DNA from: Octopus sinensis
Taxonomy: Eukaryota
Direction of reading: 5' to 3'
Length of the DNA stretch: 64,000 bases
Assembly (NCBI RefSeq): GCF_006345805.1
Contig: NC_043001.1
Span: 31,930,001-31,994,000, forward strand
A program made the position numbers and the translations under genes. Below the pieces are notes generated by a model, which was not told the origin of the DNA, did no database searches, and saw nothing but the letters and a program-made list of their open reading frames with translations. The stretch's first letter is position 1. Each line of letters begins with the position of its first letter. Shown piece by piece: positions 10,578-23,940 of the stretch.

Positions 10578-12654
10578 TTTTCCCATGTTGTTTCGACGTC
10601 CAGTGGAAAATTACTGGGCTTCTATTATGGACGATGACACTTGTATTTAATATATCGTATTGTCAGCTTCTCTTAGAAAATTGATAGAGGTTTGCTGATA
10701 ACAAAAAGTGTGTTCTGCAAATGATAACTTCTATTGGTTGAGACTGTGATACAATTGCATACCATACACTATTCCTTTGGCAAACCACCGTTTAATTTCC
10801 TCATTAATTTAACCACAAGGGAATACAGAAAGCGGACAAGTAGCCAATAAATTGACAGCCCAGATGCTGTAACCAACTCAATGTTATGTCAATCATCATG
10901 ACACTTCACATTTGAAATGACCATATGCACCTAGTTATGAGTAGGTAAGTAAACAAACTCAGAAGAAAGAAAACAAAAACACGGCTCACCCAGTGTAAGC
11001 ATCACCGTAGCTACATCAATAGATCATATCATACAATGGAGTATTTTTCTGATCATAAAATGTTAAGCATTTGATCTGACCATTCGATAACTGACAGACT
11101 GAATAGTCGATATATGCATTGTTTAATGAAATCTGATGGTGAAGCTTAAACTGTTATTATTGTTGGTCATAGACCCAATATGCGATCGATTTATGATGAA
11201 TGCATTCCAGTTGTGGCCTTCCAGGTTTTTTTCATATGTCACATGTCTATCTAATGGGTCCATACTTTATTTAAAACCGTGAAGTATGATTTGAGGAATA
11301 TTTGACTGCTATTCCTAGAAGGTTGAGAATCAAGTTGAAGCTTTCCCATTGGTTCTTAAAGCTTAAGTGAAATATATAGGATGTTCAGCGGTATATTATA
11401 GAAGGCTTTAGGTTAGCGAGCAGGCAGGCTCTGGGTCGATGTAATCGACTAGCCTCTACCCACATAATTTCAGGTTTTGTGCTTATAATAGAAAGAATGA
11501 TTATAAAGTGTCTATAAGTAGTTAGGTTATAAATACTGAACAGAATTAAACAATTGTAAATCTCGTCGGTTCCTATCACAGAATCTTGCTAACACACAGG
11601 TTTTAAATTACATACAAAAGAAATGAGCTAGGTGGATAACCTGTACTAAATAAGTAAGCGAACATTCTATGGAGCCTCTCTGTTGGTAGTGTAACCGGTT
11701 AGAAATAGCCTTAAAAATGGAAGCAAATGTTGGATAAAGTAATCCTGGATACATTGTGTGAAAAGAGACGGGATGTCCTAAGCTGACCGAGGGTTAAACT
11801 GTCGAACGAAAATGAGGAAAAGAAACATTCTGTTGTAAAAGCGTTACATGCGCGATATTGTCTAATAGTAGTTCATTGTGAACATAAACCTGCAATAAGT
11901 ACTCCTACCATATATATATCTTCTTCTCCTCCTCCACCTCCTCTTCCTCCTCCTTCTTCTCTAACATGTCCAACCACCGAAAAATTAGGTGCAACTGTTT
12001 ATGCCACGTCCGTTTGCTTGCTTGATCGATTGAGTATCCATTCTGGTTTCTCAAAATTTACTGAAGCTTGGAAGCCCAAGCTTTTTTTAATTTTAGACAC
12101 ACACACACACACACACACGCACACACAAACACAAACACACACACACACACACACACACCACACACACACACACACACACAGAAATAAATAATTAGTAAGC
12201 AAAAGGAAAAAATTGCTTCTCTTGTTTTCGTGTTGTTACTTCCTTAGCAAGTTACTTGGTTATTTATTGAGCAATATGCAGGCGTTAAGAAAACTCCACA
12301 GAAAAAAAAAACATCTATACACATGGCTAAATGACTTTATTTCTGGCTATAATGGTCAGCAGTGGTAAATATACACTGACTACATGTGTAAAAGAAAAAC
12401 AATTCCCTTTACTTCTATCAGCCAACTATTCGGTAATCAAGTGTACTGGTAGAATCGTTAGAGCGCTCGGCAAAACACATTGTAATAAATTGCTACAGGT
12501 TTTTACAAATTTGAGTTCAAACCCCACGGTGGAATTCGAATTTAGTATTTGAAAAATTTGAACCCTTCCAGTGGTGAAAAATGAATACTCGATCAAAAAT
12601 AAAGAACAAGTACTGGAGATGAATTTGTCTATAAAAACGGTTCTCTATGGGGAA

Positions 12655-13100
12655 TAACCTCGCCCATGCCATCAGCATTTCGTTCGGCGTGCTAACGTTT
12701 CTTATTTCTTTATTGCCCACAAGGTGCTAAACATAGAGGGGACAAACAAAGACAGACAAACGGATTAAGTCCATTACATCGATCCCAGTGCGTAATTGGT
12801 ACTCAATCTATCAACCCCGAAAGGATGAGAGGCAAAGTCGACCTCGGTGGAATTTGAACTCAGAACGTATAGACACGAAATACCTACTTCTTTACTACCC
12901 ACAAGGGGCAAACAAGGAAAGACAAACGGATTAAGTAGGTTATATCGACCCCAGTGCGTAACTGGTACTTATTTAATCGACCTCGAAAGGATGAAAGGCA
13001 AAATCGACCTCGGCGGAATTTGAACTCAGAACGCAACGGCAGACGAAATACCACAAAGCATTTCGTCCGGCGTGCTAACGTTTCTGCCAGCTCGCCGCAG
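12655..13100 (-). mobile_element. SINE-A multimer (about three units)
   Basis: Repeated GTCGACCTCGG(C/T)GGAATTTGAACTCAGAACG; the full head ends near 13098; internal junction at 12883/12884. Confidence 0.85.
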
Positions 13101-13139
13101 TTGAATTGTCAAACTAACGATGTGGCTCTGTGGTGACAG

Positions 13140-13215
13140 CGGAGAACTAGTACCTAATTTCGGCATTGAATGTTACACAAATGTCAGAAGTGGACGCCAT
13201 TGTATTATGTCAATA
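13140..13215 (+). pseudogene. Short CR1-like LINE ORF2 C-terminal fragment
   Basis: GELVPNFGIECYTNVRSGRHCIMS matches EGTVPSFGIESYTNARTGRHCIVT in the ORF at 27161-27616. Confidence 0.7.
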
Positions 13216-13324
13216 GATGTGAAATATATTTGCATCTTTCCCCTCTTTATTAACTCCTTTGAACCCATTTTTGATTACCCAAAGAAGACAAAAAAACGGT
13301 CGGTTACATTGTTTTGTGTTTACA

Positions 13325-13746
13325 GCTCTTTTACTCTCTTTTATTCTTTTACTTGTTTCAGTCATTTGACTGCGGCCATGCTGGAGCACCGCCTTTAATC
13401 GAGCAACTCGACCCCGGGACTTATTCTTTTGTAAGCCCAGTACTTATTCTATCGGTCTCTTTTGCCGAACCGCTAAGTGACGGGGACGTAAACACACCAG
13501 CATCGGTTGTCAAACAATGCTAGGGGGACAGACACAGACACACAAACATACACGCACACGCATATATATATATATACATATATACGACGGGCTTCTTTCA
13601 GTTTCCGTCTACCAAATCCACTCAAAAGGCATTGGTCGACCCGAGGCTATAGCAGAAGACACTTGTCCAAGGTGCCACGCAGTGGGACTGAACCCAGAAC
13701 CATGTGGTTGGTTAGCAAGTTACTTACCACACAGCCACTCCTGCGC
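13325..13746 (-). mobile_element. Full-length SINE-B (tRNA-like head, internal (TA/TG)n, AAAAGAGT-type tail)
   Basis: Minus-strand head GCGCAGGAGTGGCTGTGTGGTAAGTAAC...GGGTTCAGTCCCACTGCG and 3' part AAAGGCGGTGCTCCAGCATGGCCGCAGTCAAATGACTGAAACAAGTAAAAG. Confidence 0.9.
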
Positions 13747-14931
13747 TGAAAATAATATTTCTGCCAATAGCAAGTCGTAAACACAAACCATATGGCCAAC
13801 CGCTTTTGCATCTTACAGGGGTATGGCCAAACCAAAGAGCCGCTCGCTAAGGCATATTCGTGGGTTGAAAGGGTCAATGAGAAGATTCATATAATTTGTA
13901 ATTCTTCAACATAACGTTTGACAAGTTAAAAAAGTTGGGAACCATCTTTCCTTAACTAAATATGGCAATCTTTCCGCCCCTTTTCAATCCTCACAACTCC
14001 CCTCCCCCTCCCCCCGCCACCTAGTTAGAGAAACAATGGACTATGTCCTCCTCTAAAATACGTAGGCCTGTCCAACTGTTAGAAATCAATATTGGGTCAA
14101 ATATTTCCTTCGGAATGTGTGGTCTGGTATAATAGTTGTAGTCCTGATGTTTTGCTTCTGACTGTCACGCAGCAAGCAAATTAAATTTTTGTTTCTTATC
14201 TGATGCATTTGTATTAAAAGAGTGTTGTTGGTCAATTGGCTGGGATAGTGGACAACCATTTGCGAGAGCGGCAGTTCGTTTTCTGCCATCAGTATTACCT
14301 TGTGTTCGTAACTTAGGTCACTTGATTTACAAATGGCAGATTCACAAACGAAATGAAATGATCCAACAAGCTGTAAATAAGTACTACACGAGAGGAACAA
14401 TACATCGGTATTGTTTAAGCGGTAAAAGTGCCTTATATATAACTAGTTACTCTTTAACTTGCAGTGTGGTATCCAATTCCTTATGTGGACAGAGAAACAA
14501 CTCCAGTGTAATCTTCCCTACAATCGCAATCCCAGCTTGTAGTATTAAGGGAAAATCTATCTTGTGGTTGTATTGCAAGTGAAATCATTCATCAAATATC
14601 TGTTTGATATTTCCCCAACTAGAAGTATTAACATATGTGTGATAAACGATGTTTTAATACCGATCGCATATGTTATCCTTTTTATAAATGTACAGAAATA
14701 ACATACCCGTTGAGTTCTAAAATTGGCAAAAGATCACCAAAATTTTGAGAAGGTAGAAATCGATCTTATTGATACCAGCACCTGAGAGGTACTATATCTT
14801 ATTTATCCAGAAGGTTGGCTTAGTTGTGATTTGAACTAAAAAGCAACAAAGCCGCCCCTGAGCGTTTAATGATTTTGTCAGTCCAGTATTAAAGCTTGTG
14901 TTTCGTATCTTCTAACTGTTATTAATATCTG

Positions 14932-14988
<57 letters not shown>

Positions 14989-14989
14989 A

Positions 14990-15240
14990 TTGATCGGCCC
15001 CATTTTTTTTTCTTTTTCACGATCCCTTTTGATCGGAATTCGCCCCCTTTGTTTTTCTTTTCACGATCCCTTTTGATCCTATCTATCTATCTACATTGAT
15101 CGGCCCCATTTTTTTTTCACGATCCCTTTTGATCGGAATTCGCCCCCTTTTTTCCTTCTCTTCTTCCCAAAAAGAAAAGCTCTACATTGTATTTTGTCCC
15201 TTCTGTGTTCAGCTCTGCGTGGCAAGTAAAGAAATCTATC
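14990..15240 (+). repeat. Internally duplicated repeat fragment embedded in (CTAT)n (related copies at ~15985-16100 minus and 21590-21720)
   Basis: ATTGATCGGCCCCATTTTT..CACGATCCCTTTTGATCGGAATTCGCCCCCTTT occurs twice; it shares AAAAGAAAAGCTCTACATT with 21655-21672. Confidence 0.7.
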
Positions 15241-15249
15241 TATCTATCT

Positions 15250-15310
<61 letters not shown>

Positions 15311-15339
15311 TCATTTCGTTCATTTTGTCTTATGGCAAA

Positions 15340-15625
15340 GAACAAACGAAGTTTCGATTAGGGAACAAATATTTAAGAAAAAGTGGAAGTGGATTGGTAG
15401 CACAATTAGAAAATATACACCAAATGTAGCGAAAAGTGCTTTAGAGTGGAATCCGGGTGGATATAGAAAGAAAGGTAGGCCTAAGAACTCGTGGCGGAGA
15501 TCAACACAAAAGGAACTAGAGAAAGGGGGACATTTATGGCAGAGTATAAGTACAGAAGCGAAAAATTATGCGACATGGAATTCAACTATAAGTGGCCTAT
15601 ACTCCGCTTTGGAGGGTTAAAGGCA
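15340..15625 (+). pseudogene. RTE-clade LINE ORF2 3' fragment
   Basis: IREQIFKKKWKWIGSTIRK...AKSALEWNPGGYRKKGRPKNSWRRSTQKEL...W matches the RTE C-terminal W.W.GH..R...ALEW.P.G.R..GRP..TW motif. Confidence 0.85.
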
Positions 15626-16149
15626 TAAAGAAAAAATAAACGTATGTATACATTTATTGTAGCGTTGAAATAACCCTAAGTTTCTCGAATCTCACTAATA
15701 ACTTCACGTGATCAGTGATAGTCGCAATACTCACAGAAGTAATAGGAAGTGATTTCAGTTCAAATGTAACTAATTGTTCAAAGTAGAGTAGACTGCATTT
15801 GGTCGTATATACAATTTGAAGTAACATTCGTAAAATTAGGTTTGGCGCTTAAATTGAATAAAATTTTATTTTAAATTAATTAAAACGTTGTGACACTTCA
15901 GTTGCTGACGCGGATACCCCTGTGATCAGCAGTTCTAGATTAATCAAGTCTTCTGCAAAAACTGATAACTTGCAGCTTGATTTCTATAGGGACAGAGAAA
16001 AAAAGAAGGGGGTGAAAAAGAGATAATAAAAAAAGAAAGAAAACAAAGGGAAGGAGAGTCCATTAGAAAGAAAGAAAAATTGTGGAGTTATTATGAAAGA
16101 GACAAAGCTTTCAATGAAGAGCTGGAAGAGAAGCTGAATTGTCAAACTA

Positions 16150-16625
16150 ATCTTTTCTACTCTAGGCACAAGGCCTGAAATTTTGGGGGAGGGGGCCAGT
16201 CGATTACATCGACTCCAGTACGCAGCTGGTACTCAATTTATCGACCTCACCTCGTAAGTATGAAAGGCAAAGTCGACCTCAGCGGAATTAGAACTCAGAA
16301 CGAAAAGACAGACGAAATACCTATTTTTTTACTACCCACAAGGGGCTAAACACAGAGGGGACAAACAAGGACAGGCAAACGGATTAAGTCGATCATCTCG
16401 ACCCCAGTGCGTAACTGGTACTTAATTTATCGACCCCGAAAGGATGAAAGGCAAAGTCGACCTCGGCGGAATTTGAACTCAGAACGTAACGGCAGACGAA
16501 ATACCTATTTCTTTACTACCGACAAGGGGCTAAACACAGAGAGGACAAACAAGGACAGGCAAACGGATTAAGTCGATTATATCGATCCCAGTGCGTAACG
16601 TACTTAATTTATCGACCCCGAAATA
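16150..16625 (-). mobile_element. SINE-A multimer (184-bp period) joined to a tail-B unit
   Basis: Identical junction GACGAAATAC|CTATTT at 16320/21 and 16504/05. Confidence 0.88.
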
Positions 16626-16626
16626 C

Positions 16627-16800
16627 CTGTCAAAAAAACTTAAGAAACCTGCATAATCTGGACGGAGATGTATTCAAAAAGGAACTAGACATCCTCATCC
16701 CCATAATACCGGATAAAACGACGTTCCGTCATGAAGTACAGACGAGGGCAGCGGAATCAAACTCTTCCATACGCCAAATGGGGCAACAGCTGGGACAGAG
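16627..16800 (+). pseudogene. CR1-like LINE ORF2 3' end fragment
   Basis: LRNLHNLDGDVFKKELDILIPIIPDKTTFRHEVQTRAAESNSSIRQM resembles the terminus of the element at 27015-27150. Confidence 0.7.
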
Positions 16801-16978
16801 GCACATACGGAAGTGGTGATGTGAACCCTCCCCCAGCCTGAGGAAATCAGATGAAAGATAATTATCAGTAACTATACAAAACTACAGTGGTGCTCCAGCA
16901 TGACCGCCGCAGCCGCATGACTGGATCAGATAAAAGAATAAAAAAATACATACATACATACATATATATATACATACA

Positions 16979-17014
<36 letters not shown>

Positions 17015-17586
17015 TATATATAAGTACAGAGAAGGGGGGAGAGAAAGAGAGAGAAAAGGAGGGAGAGAGAAAAAGAAGGAGATCAGTAGAGAGAGAAAGA
17101 GTGAGAGAGAGAACGGTAGATATTTCACAAGATAAATAAATAGGCAGGTACAGATTTCAGACAGCATAACGGGAATACAAATCTGTTTTGCAAGTGGAGT
17201 TGAAGGATAAATTAGCCAAAAATCAACCATCAATAATTAATAAAACTTATTTGTATGAGTTTCTAATATGTTTCATATAATTAATTGTTTTTATCAGTAT
17301 TTTCAAATTAAGCTGTCTTCAAATTACAATAACGAAAGACTTGTCAAATTTTCAAAGAGGTCATATGGCAGCAGCATGATTAACAGGAATCTGTGTTATG
17401 AGAAACTGATAAGATGTTTGATGATTCTCGAAGAATATTGTTGAAAGTGATTTCTGCCTAGTCTCCAAGACACGGAGTGGTGGTTGTGGGTGGGTGGGGG
17501 GAGAATGCTCGACGAAGAGAAATAGTTGGGGAAATCTCATTGAAGAACAAGACGGACATCAATACAATTTTATTACCATCAAAATG

Positions 17587-17996
17587 GGCGGCGAGCTGGC
17601 AGAAACGTTAGCACGCCGGGCGAAATGCGTAGCCGCATTTCGTCTGCCATTACGTTCTGAGTTCAAATTCCGCCGAGGTCGACTTTGCCTTTCCTCCTTT
17701 CGGGGTTGATAAATCAAGTACCAGTTACGCACTGGGATCTATATAATCGACTTAATCCGTTTGTCTGTCCTTGTTTGTTCCCTCTGTGTTTAGCCCCTTG
17801 TGGGTAGTAAAGAAATAGGTATTTCGTCTGCCGTTACATTCTGAGTTCAAATTCCACCGAGGTCAACTTTGCCTTTCATCATTTCGGTGTCGGTAAATTA
17901 AGTACCAGTTACGCACTGGGGTCGAGATAATCGACTTAATCCGTTTGTCTGTCCTTGTTTGTTCCCTCTGTGTTTAGCCCCTTGTGGGTAGTAAAG
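17587..17996 (+). mobile_element. SINE-A dimer (full unit plus a head-less unit)
   Basis: Head GGCGGCGAGCTGGCAGAAACGTTAGCACGCCGGGCGAAATG; junction GAAATAG|GTATTTCGTC at 17818/19. Confidence 0.9.
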
Positions 17997-18240
17997 TATT
18001 GTTAGTTGGTAGTTATTGACCCAAGAAATAGAGAAGCGATATTATGCAATTAATAACACGATAGTTGTCCCTCTTACTCGGGATTGGTTCGTGTTCAGTG
18101 TGAGAAGGACCGTGGAGTACTACACCCACGAACACACTAACGCGCGCGCACACACACACGTCTTTTATCAAGAAATGAAAAGTCTTGAACGAAGGACTAG
18201 CAACTGCTCTCACAGAAAAAAAAACTAATACGCTGGTGGA

Positions 18241-18470
18241 ACCTATTTCTTTATTACCCACAAGGGGCTAAACACAGAGGGGACAAACAAGGACAGACAT
18301 AGGTATTAAGTCGATTACATCGACCCCAGTGCGTAACTGGTACTTAATTTATCGACCCCGAAAGGATGAAAGGCAAAGTCGACCTCGGCGGAATTTGAAC
18401 TCACAACGAAACGCAGACGAAATACCGCTAAGCATTTCGCCCGGCGTGCTAACGTTTCTGCCAGCTCGCC
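18241..18470 (-). mobile_element. Full SINE-A monomer
   Basis: Complete head, body and tail on the minus strand; similar monomers lie at 22673-22895 (+), 37677-37845 (+) and 62952-63140 (+). Confidence 0.88.
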
Positions 18471-19281
18471 GGTGGAACCGTCTATGAAAGTAACAATACG
18501 CGATACACCATGGAACGGGAATGAAGTTTTGGAAGCAAAATGCCACACGGAATAAATAAGCAACAAATTTTTAAAACTAGACAGCAGAATATCGGCGTTT
18601 GTTTTATTTATTCTCTTTCTAGCTCCAGTCTTTGGACTACAGTCATACTGGGGCACCGCCTTGAGGAGTTTACTCCATCAAACTGCGCCCAATATTTGTT
18701 TTTAAGCCTGATTTTCTATCAATTTCTTTTGTATCAATCTCCTAAGTTAAAAGGATTTTAACAAATTCTGACTGTAAAAAAAGTGAGACGCGAACACATA
18801 AACAGACAGGTATACATGCATGTACAAATACACACGTACGCACTCACATACATCTTCTCACACATGTATATATACACATGATAGGCTTCCTCACAGTTTC
18901 CCTCAACTAATTTCATTCACAAAGCATTTATCAGTCAGGTGCTGTAGTAAAGGATAAATGATCATAGTGGTGTGTTGTTGGTGTGACTCCCAAACATCAT
19001 TATTGGGAATAGAGCCTGTTAATGAGGCAGCCATGAAATGGTTAATAAAATTATTGAATTGTTAAAAAAAAATGAACTTATATGCATCTAAAATATCACT
19101 TTATTGCTTGCTTGTTTCAATCATTGGACTGTGGCCGTGATGGAGCACCATTTAAAAAGTTTTATTCGAACAAATCAACCTCGGTACTTTATTTATTTAT
19201 TAAAGACTGGTATAATTCGCGGGATTGAACCCGAAACTACAAGGCTGCAAAGTTTATATGAAATATTATTTGTAATACAGT

Positions 19282-19580
19282 GGGGGCACATAGCCTAGTG
19301 GTTAGAGCAGCGGATTCGCGGTCGAGGGATCGTGGGTTCGAATCTCAGACTGGGCGATGTATGTGTTTATGAGCGAAAACCCCTAAGCTCCACGTGGCTC
19401 CGGCAGAAGCTAATGGCGAACTTATGCTGACTCTTTCGCCACAACATTCTCTCACTCTTTCCTCCTGCATCTAGCAGCTCACCTGCGACGGACCGGCGTC
19501 CCGTCCAGGTGGGGAACCTATACGCCAAGGAAACCGGGAAACCGGCCCTTCTGAGCCATGCATGGCTTGAGAAGGAACAA
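19282..19580 (+). mobile_element. SINE-C copy (tRNA-like head; V-domain-like core)
   Basis: Head GGGGCACATAGCCTAGTGGTTAGAGCAGCGG...GGTTCGAATCTC. The core CTGCGACGGACCGGCGTCCCGTCCAGG resembles the V-SINE domain (from memory, not searched). Confidence 0.8.
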
Positions 19581-20316
19581 ACAATACAGAGTTTATTAGT
19601 TTCTTGTCAGTTTTACGAGCTATTAATAAGAGGAGTTGAATGTCTGCAAGATTTCGTAGCTCTAGCATCGCGCCTTCATAGTCAGCTTCTGAAAACTTTT
19701 TATCCCATTCTCGTAGGTATGACTTTCATTTGAAATTGATGAACATGTTCGAGCATATTTTAATCGCAAGGTTCAATTAATTACATTTATCTATTAAAAT
19801 TCTTCACTTACCATAATTTCCTGAGCCTACAAAATCATGTCAGTGTTTTCAAACTCCTTTATAGGGAATAGATATTTCAACTCGTCCTCCTCTGTAAATA
19901 ACAAACAACGAAAAAAACTATTAAACAAGAACAATCATATCTAGACAACTGCCTAGATATTTAACATAATACAAAGTAGACAAATTCAGAAAAAACCTTC
20001 CACATATTTCCCAAAATTTCAACAACAAAATAACCATCCAAATAAAGCTACTACTACTAAATTTTGTGAATATAGTATTAAACCTAATCAAGGGAAAATA
20101 TCATCATAAAGGAGTGATGTCCAATATAAACACATCTGACACGATTTGAATGATTCTTTTATCACGCTATTGCTTGTTACCAGAAAAAGGTAACGGTGAA
20201 ATTTAATCAAAAATTTTATCATTTCTTCCGATTTATCAACATATACCAATTTAGTGAATGTTTATATCAGTGCAACAAACTGACAAGATTGTCACTGTTG
20301 TTATTGTCATTTAAGT

Positions 20317-21049
20317 GGAGGCGCAATGGCCCAGTAGTTAGGGCAGCGGACTCGCAGTCATAGGATCGCGGTTTCGATTCCCAGACCGGGCGTTGTGAGT
20401 GTTTATTGAGCGAAAACACCTAAAGCTCCACGAGGCTCCAGCAGGAGATGGTGGTGATCCCTGCTGTACTCTTTCACCACAACTTTCTCTCACTCTTACT
20501 TCCTGTTTCTGTTGTACCTGTATTTCAAAGGGCCGGCCTTGTCACTCTTTGTGTCACGCTGAATATCCCCGAGAACTACGTTAAGAGTACACGTGTCTGT
20601 GGAGTGCTCAGCCACTTACACGTTAATTTCACGAGCAGGCTGTTCCGTTGATTCGGATCAACCGGAACCCTCGTCGTCGTAACCGACGGAGTGCTTCCAT
20701 CCATTGTCATTTAATACCAGATCATCTCACATTAAACGATAAACTTCACACTTTTCAAGCCTAGCCAGGCTCATGGGCCCGGTTTCTCGGTTTCTGTGGC
20801 GTATGTGTTCCTCCCAGCTAGACGGGACGCCAGTCCATCGCAGCGTTACTCAAGAAACAAGGAAGAGAGAGTGAGAGAAAGTTGTGGCGAAAGAGTACAA
20901 CAGGGGTTGCCACCACCCCCTGTTGGAGCCTCGTGGAGCTTTTTAGGCGTTTTCGCTCAATGAACACACACAACGCTCGGTCTAGGAATCGAAACCGCGA
21001 TCCTCCGACCGCGAGTCCGCTGCCCTAACCACTGGGCCATTGCGCCTCC
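20317..21049. mobile_element. Two SINE-C-type copies in opposite orientation (20317-20700 plus; 20752-21049 minus)
   Basis: Both carry the head GGAGGCGCAATGGCCCAGT(A/G)GTTAGGGCAGCGGACTCGC. About 170 bp at their 5' ends are mutually complementary; their 3' halves differ. Confidence 0.88.
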
Positions 21050-21743
21050 ACCATCTCTCATTAAGCAAACCTAAAATAAATGAAATCCATTTCAACTGTT
21101 ATCAACCAACCTCATATTCGGACACAAAGTATTTGCACATAAAGTTATCCAATATGCCATAGAAAGCGGTGGTGTAACGGTAGACTCAGCGACTACCCAG
21201 GGTTTGCTTGATAGCTGCAAATGTCAGTTTTATTCGAGAGGCCGGTTTAGTCGAATGAATGAATGAATCCTTTATTTACTACAATATTACTAATACTGCA
21301 CTACATTCCTTCACCTTAGTAAAGGAAATATATGTTTTATTTCACACGATCTTTGCTCTTCCATATTTTCCCATGTTTCCATTCACACATACAACCTCTT
21401 CTTCTCTTTCATTCTCCCCCCTCTCTCTCTCTCGCTCTCTCTCTTATACATACATGATTGTCAGAAGTATAGGTAACATACTCATGATCTCCGTCAGCAA
21501 GAATGTTCTTTATGGGTTTGTGTGAAAAACATTAAAGTGCTCAATATAAAGTTGCCCTACATATGTGTGTGTGTGTCTATCTATCTATCCCCGATTCCTT
21601 TTGATCGGAATTTTACATTTGTTCCTTTTTTCTCTTTTTCTTTTCCATTTTCGAAAAGAAAAGCTCTACATTTGTATTTGTCCCCTCTGTGTTCAGCCCT
21701 GTATGGTCAATAAAGAAAGTGATCTATGTATCTATCTGCTTGC

Positions 21744-21802
<59 letters not shown>

Positions 21803-21885
21803 CTACCTACCTACCTACCTACCTATTTATCTGTCTGTCTGTCTGCCTATCTATATGTCTGTCTGTATGTATCTACCTATTATAT

Positions 21886-21949
<64 letters not shown>

Positions 21950-22283
21950 CATGTATTTATTAGTGCGTGGTATGTTTGAGTTTCTGTACGCGCGTGTGTG
22001 CGTGTGCGTGTGTGCGTTTATGTACAGACGCACCTACACACAAACAGAAGTAACTGAGTGGCAATCAGCAATACTATCCCTGCTTGATATCCACTGCCAA
22101 TTGTGAATATCCATTTGGACCTCTGCATGAAAGTGCAAGATGAATTTTATAGCGCAGTTGTCCAGGCATACATACAAACACGTGTGTGTATGTGTCTGTG
22201 TGTGCGCTTGCGCCGCGTGGGCATATATGTGTGTGTGTGTGATATGCATATTATGTGTTTATCATATATATGTGTGTCTATGC

Positions 22284-22316
<33 letters not shown>

Positions 22317-22556
22317 TGTATGTATGTATGTGTACATCTGTATATGTATGTATTAGTGTATTTTGAGTTCTCACTTTTTTCCCCTATAATGGACTTTGGT
22401 CATCGGTCTAATTTATTCTTAATTAGTTATTGAACACTTTTGTTGAATGTGGTGATGTACAGATGTGAATCTACTTTCAGATACGTACACAGTCTGGCAC
22501 TCACCGTGCGTGCACACACACAGGCACACACACACACACTTATACTTAGAAAAATG

Positions 22557-22593
<37 letters not shown>

Positions 22594-23123
22594 GCACTCG
22601 AGCGCGCGCACACAGACACACACGTGCACACACATATATATGCATGTATGGTTATATATATTTATGTATGAAGGCGGCGAACTGGCAGAAACGTTTGCAC
22701 GCCAGGTGAAATGCTTAGCGGTATTTCGTCCGCCGCTACGTTCTGAGTTCAAATTCCGCCGAGGTCGACTTTGCCTTTCATCCTTTCGGGGGTCTATTAA
22801 AATAAGTACCAGTTACGCACTGGGGTCGATATAATCGACTTAATCCGTTTGTCTGTCCATGTTTGTCCCCTATGTGTTTAGCTTCTTGTGGGTATTCTTG
22901 TGGGTATCATCTTTTACTTGTTTCTGCACTTGTTTGTGATCATGTTGAGGCATCATAAATATATAAAAAGAAAGAGAAAAGGAAAGAGAGGGGAAAGAGA
23001 GAGGTGGGGGTAGAGATTTTTTATTTGATTGCAAATCACTAGCTGTAGTTTGTCCTTTAGATTAAGCAGATATCAGTCATCATACTGAAAATGCATTTTG
23101 CAGACAATAAATATATTAATTAG

Positions 23124-23156
<33 letters not shown>

Positions 23157-23160
<4 letters not shown>

Positions 23161-23374
23161 GATAAATCTCAGAGCGAGTTATAAACAGTAGCAGCAACAC
23201 ATCGTGACGTATATTTGCCATTTGAATATGGCTAACCCCTAAGGGTGGATGCTACTGATAGGGCACAGAAAGTGTGTCTATAGCAGGTTGGAGGAGGTGT
23301 CCTCCTGGGGCTACAAACCACAGTAGCATCCACCCTTCGGTGTTAGCCATATTCAAATGGCAAATATACGTCAC
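23157..23374. mobile_element. Fold-back element between (TA)n tracts, with 54-bp inverted arms
   Basis: Arms 23204-23257 and 23321-23374 match at 52 of 54 positions; the spacer is 63 bp. Confidence 0.85.
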
Positions 23375-23789
23375 TATATATATATATATATTCTATCGAG
23401 AAAAAAATAAACATAAATATATTAATAAATGTTGTAGAAGGAAGTGTTTGCTGCCTTGTTTGGAAACAAGTTTTGTGTTATAAGCTCAAGAGAGAACATT
23501 CGAGTGTAACAGCCAATGAATCGTGACGTCAACAACGGTGGATCTTATCAGCCTCGATTCAGATAGAATTATGTTTCTCCATCAAAATAAATCATCTAGT
23601 GGCGCACATTTGGCAATCTAATGCTCGAGTGAAATTAAATAACATACCATGAAGCTTATGAATTAATTAATTCTGAGAAATATGAGTAACCTTGCACTAA
23701 AACAATTTAGTAGAAGGATGAATTATGCACTACGAAGAACCGAACATGTAAATAGTGTGTCAAGCAACACCGGTGCAGCGTACAGACAA

Positions 23790-23940
23790 CTGCTGAGCTG
23801 TGAACGGGTGACATTGAGTCCGTTATCGTCAGACGATCCTCGACCTTCATGTGATTCAGTGAACGTGTGTTTAGTGAACTGGGTGATTTGGCGCAAGGGT
23901 CTTCAAATTGGAAAAAGACATCTGCTGTAACTTTTTTAAT
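23790..23940 (+). pseudogene. Possible hAT transposase C-terminal dimerisation-domain relic
   Basis: With one frameshift it reads LSPLSSDDPRPSCD-SERVFSELG...VTFLML, resembling P.S..SERVFS.AG. The match is short and degenerate. Confidence 0.35.

Noticed and set aside
14086-14400. 104-aa minus-strand ORF with faint resemblance to CGGBP1/hAT-type transposase (AENELPLSQ...IPDHTFRRKYL)
   Set aside because: The similarity rests on a few residues recalled from memory, with no TIRs or catalytic motifs; an HMM search would be needed.
19880-20150. A-rich stretch with weak PLE-RT-like words (SYLD, CLDI)
   Set aside because: It is too degenerate and interrupted by stops to support a call.
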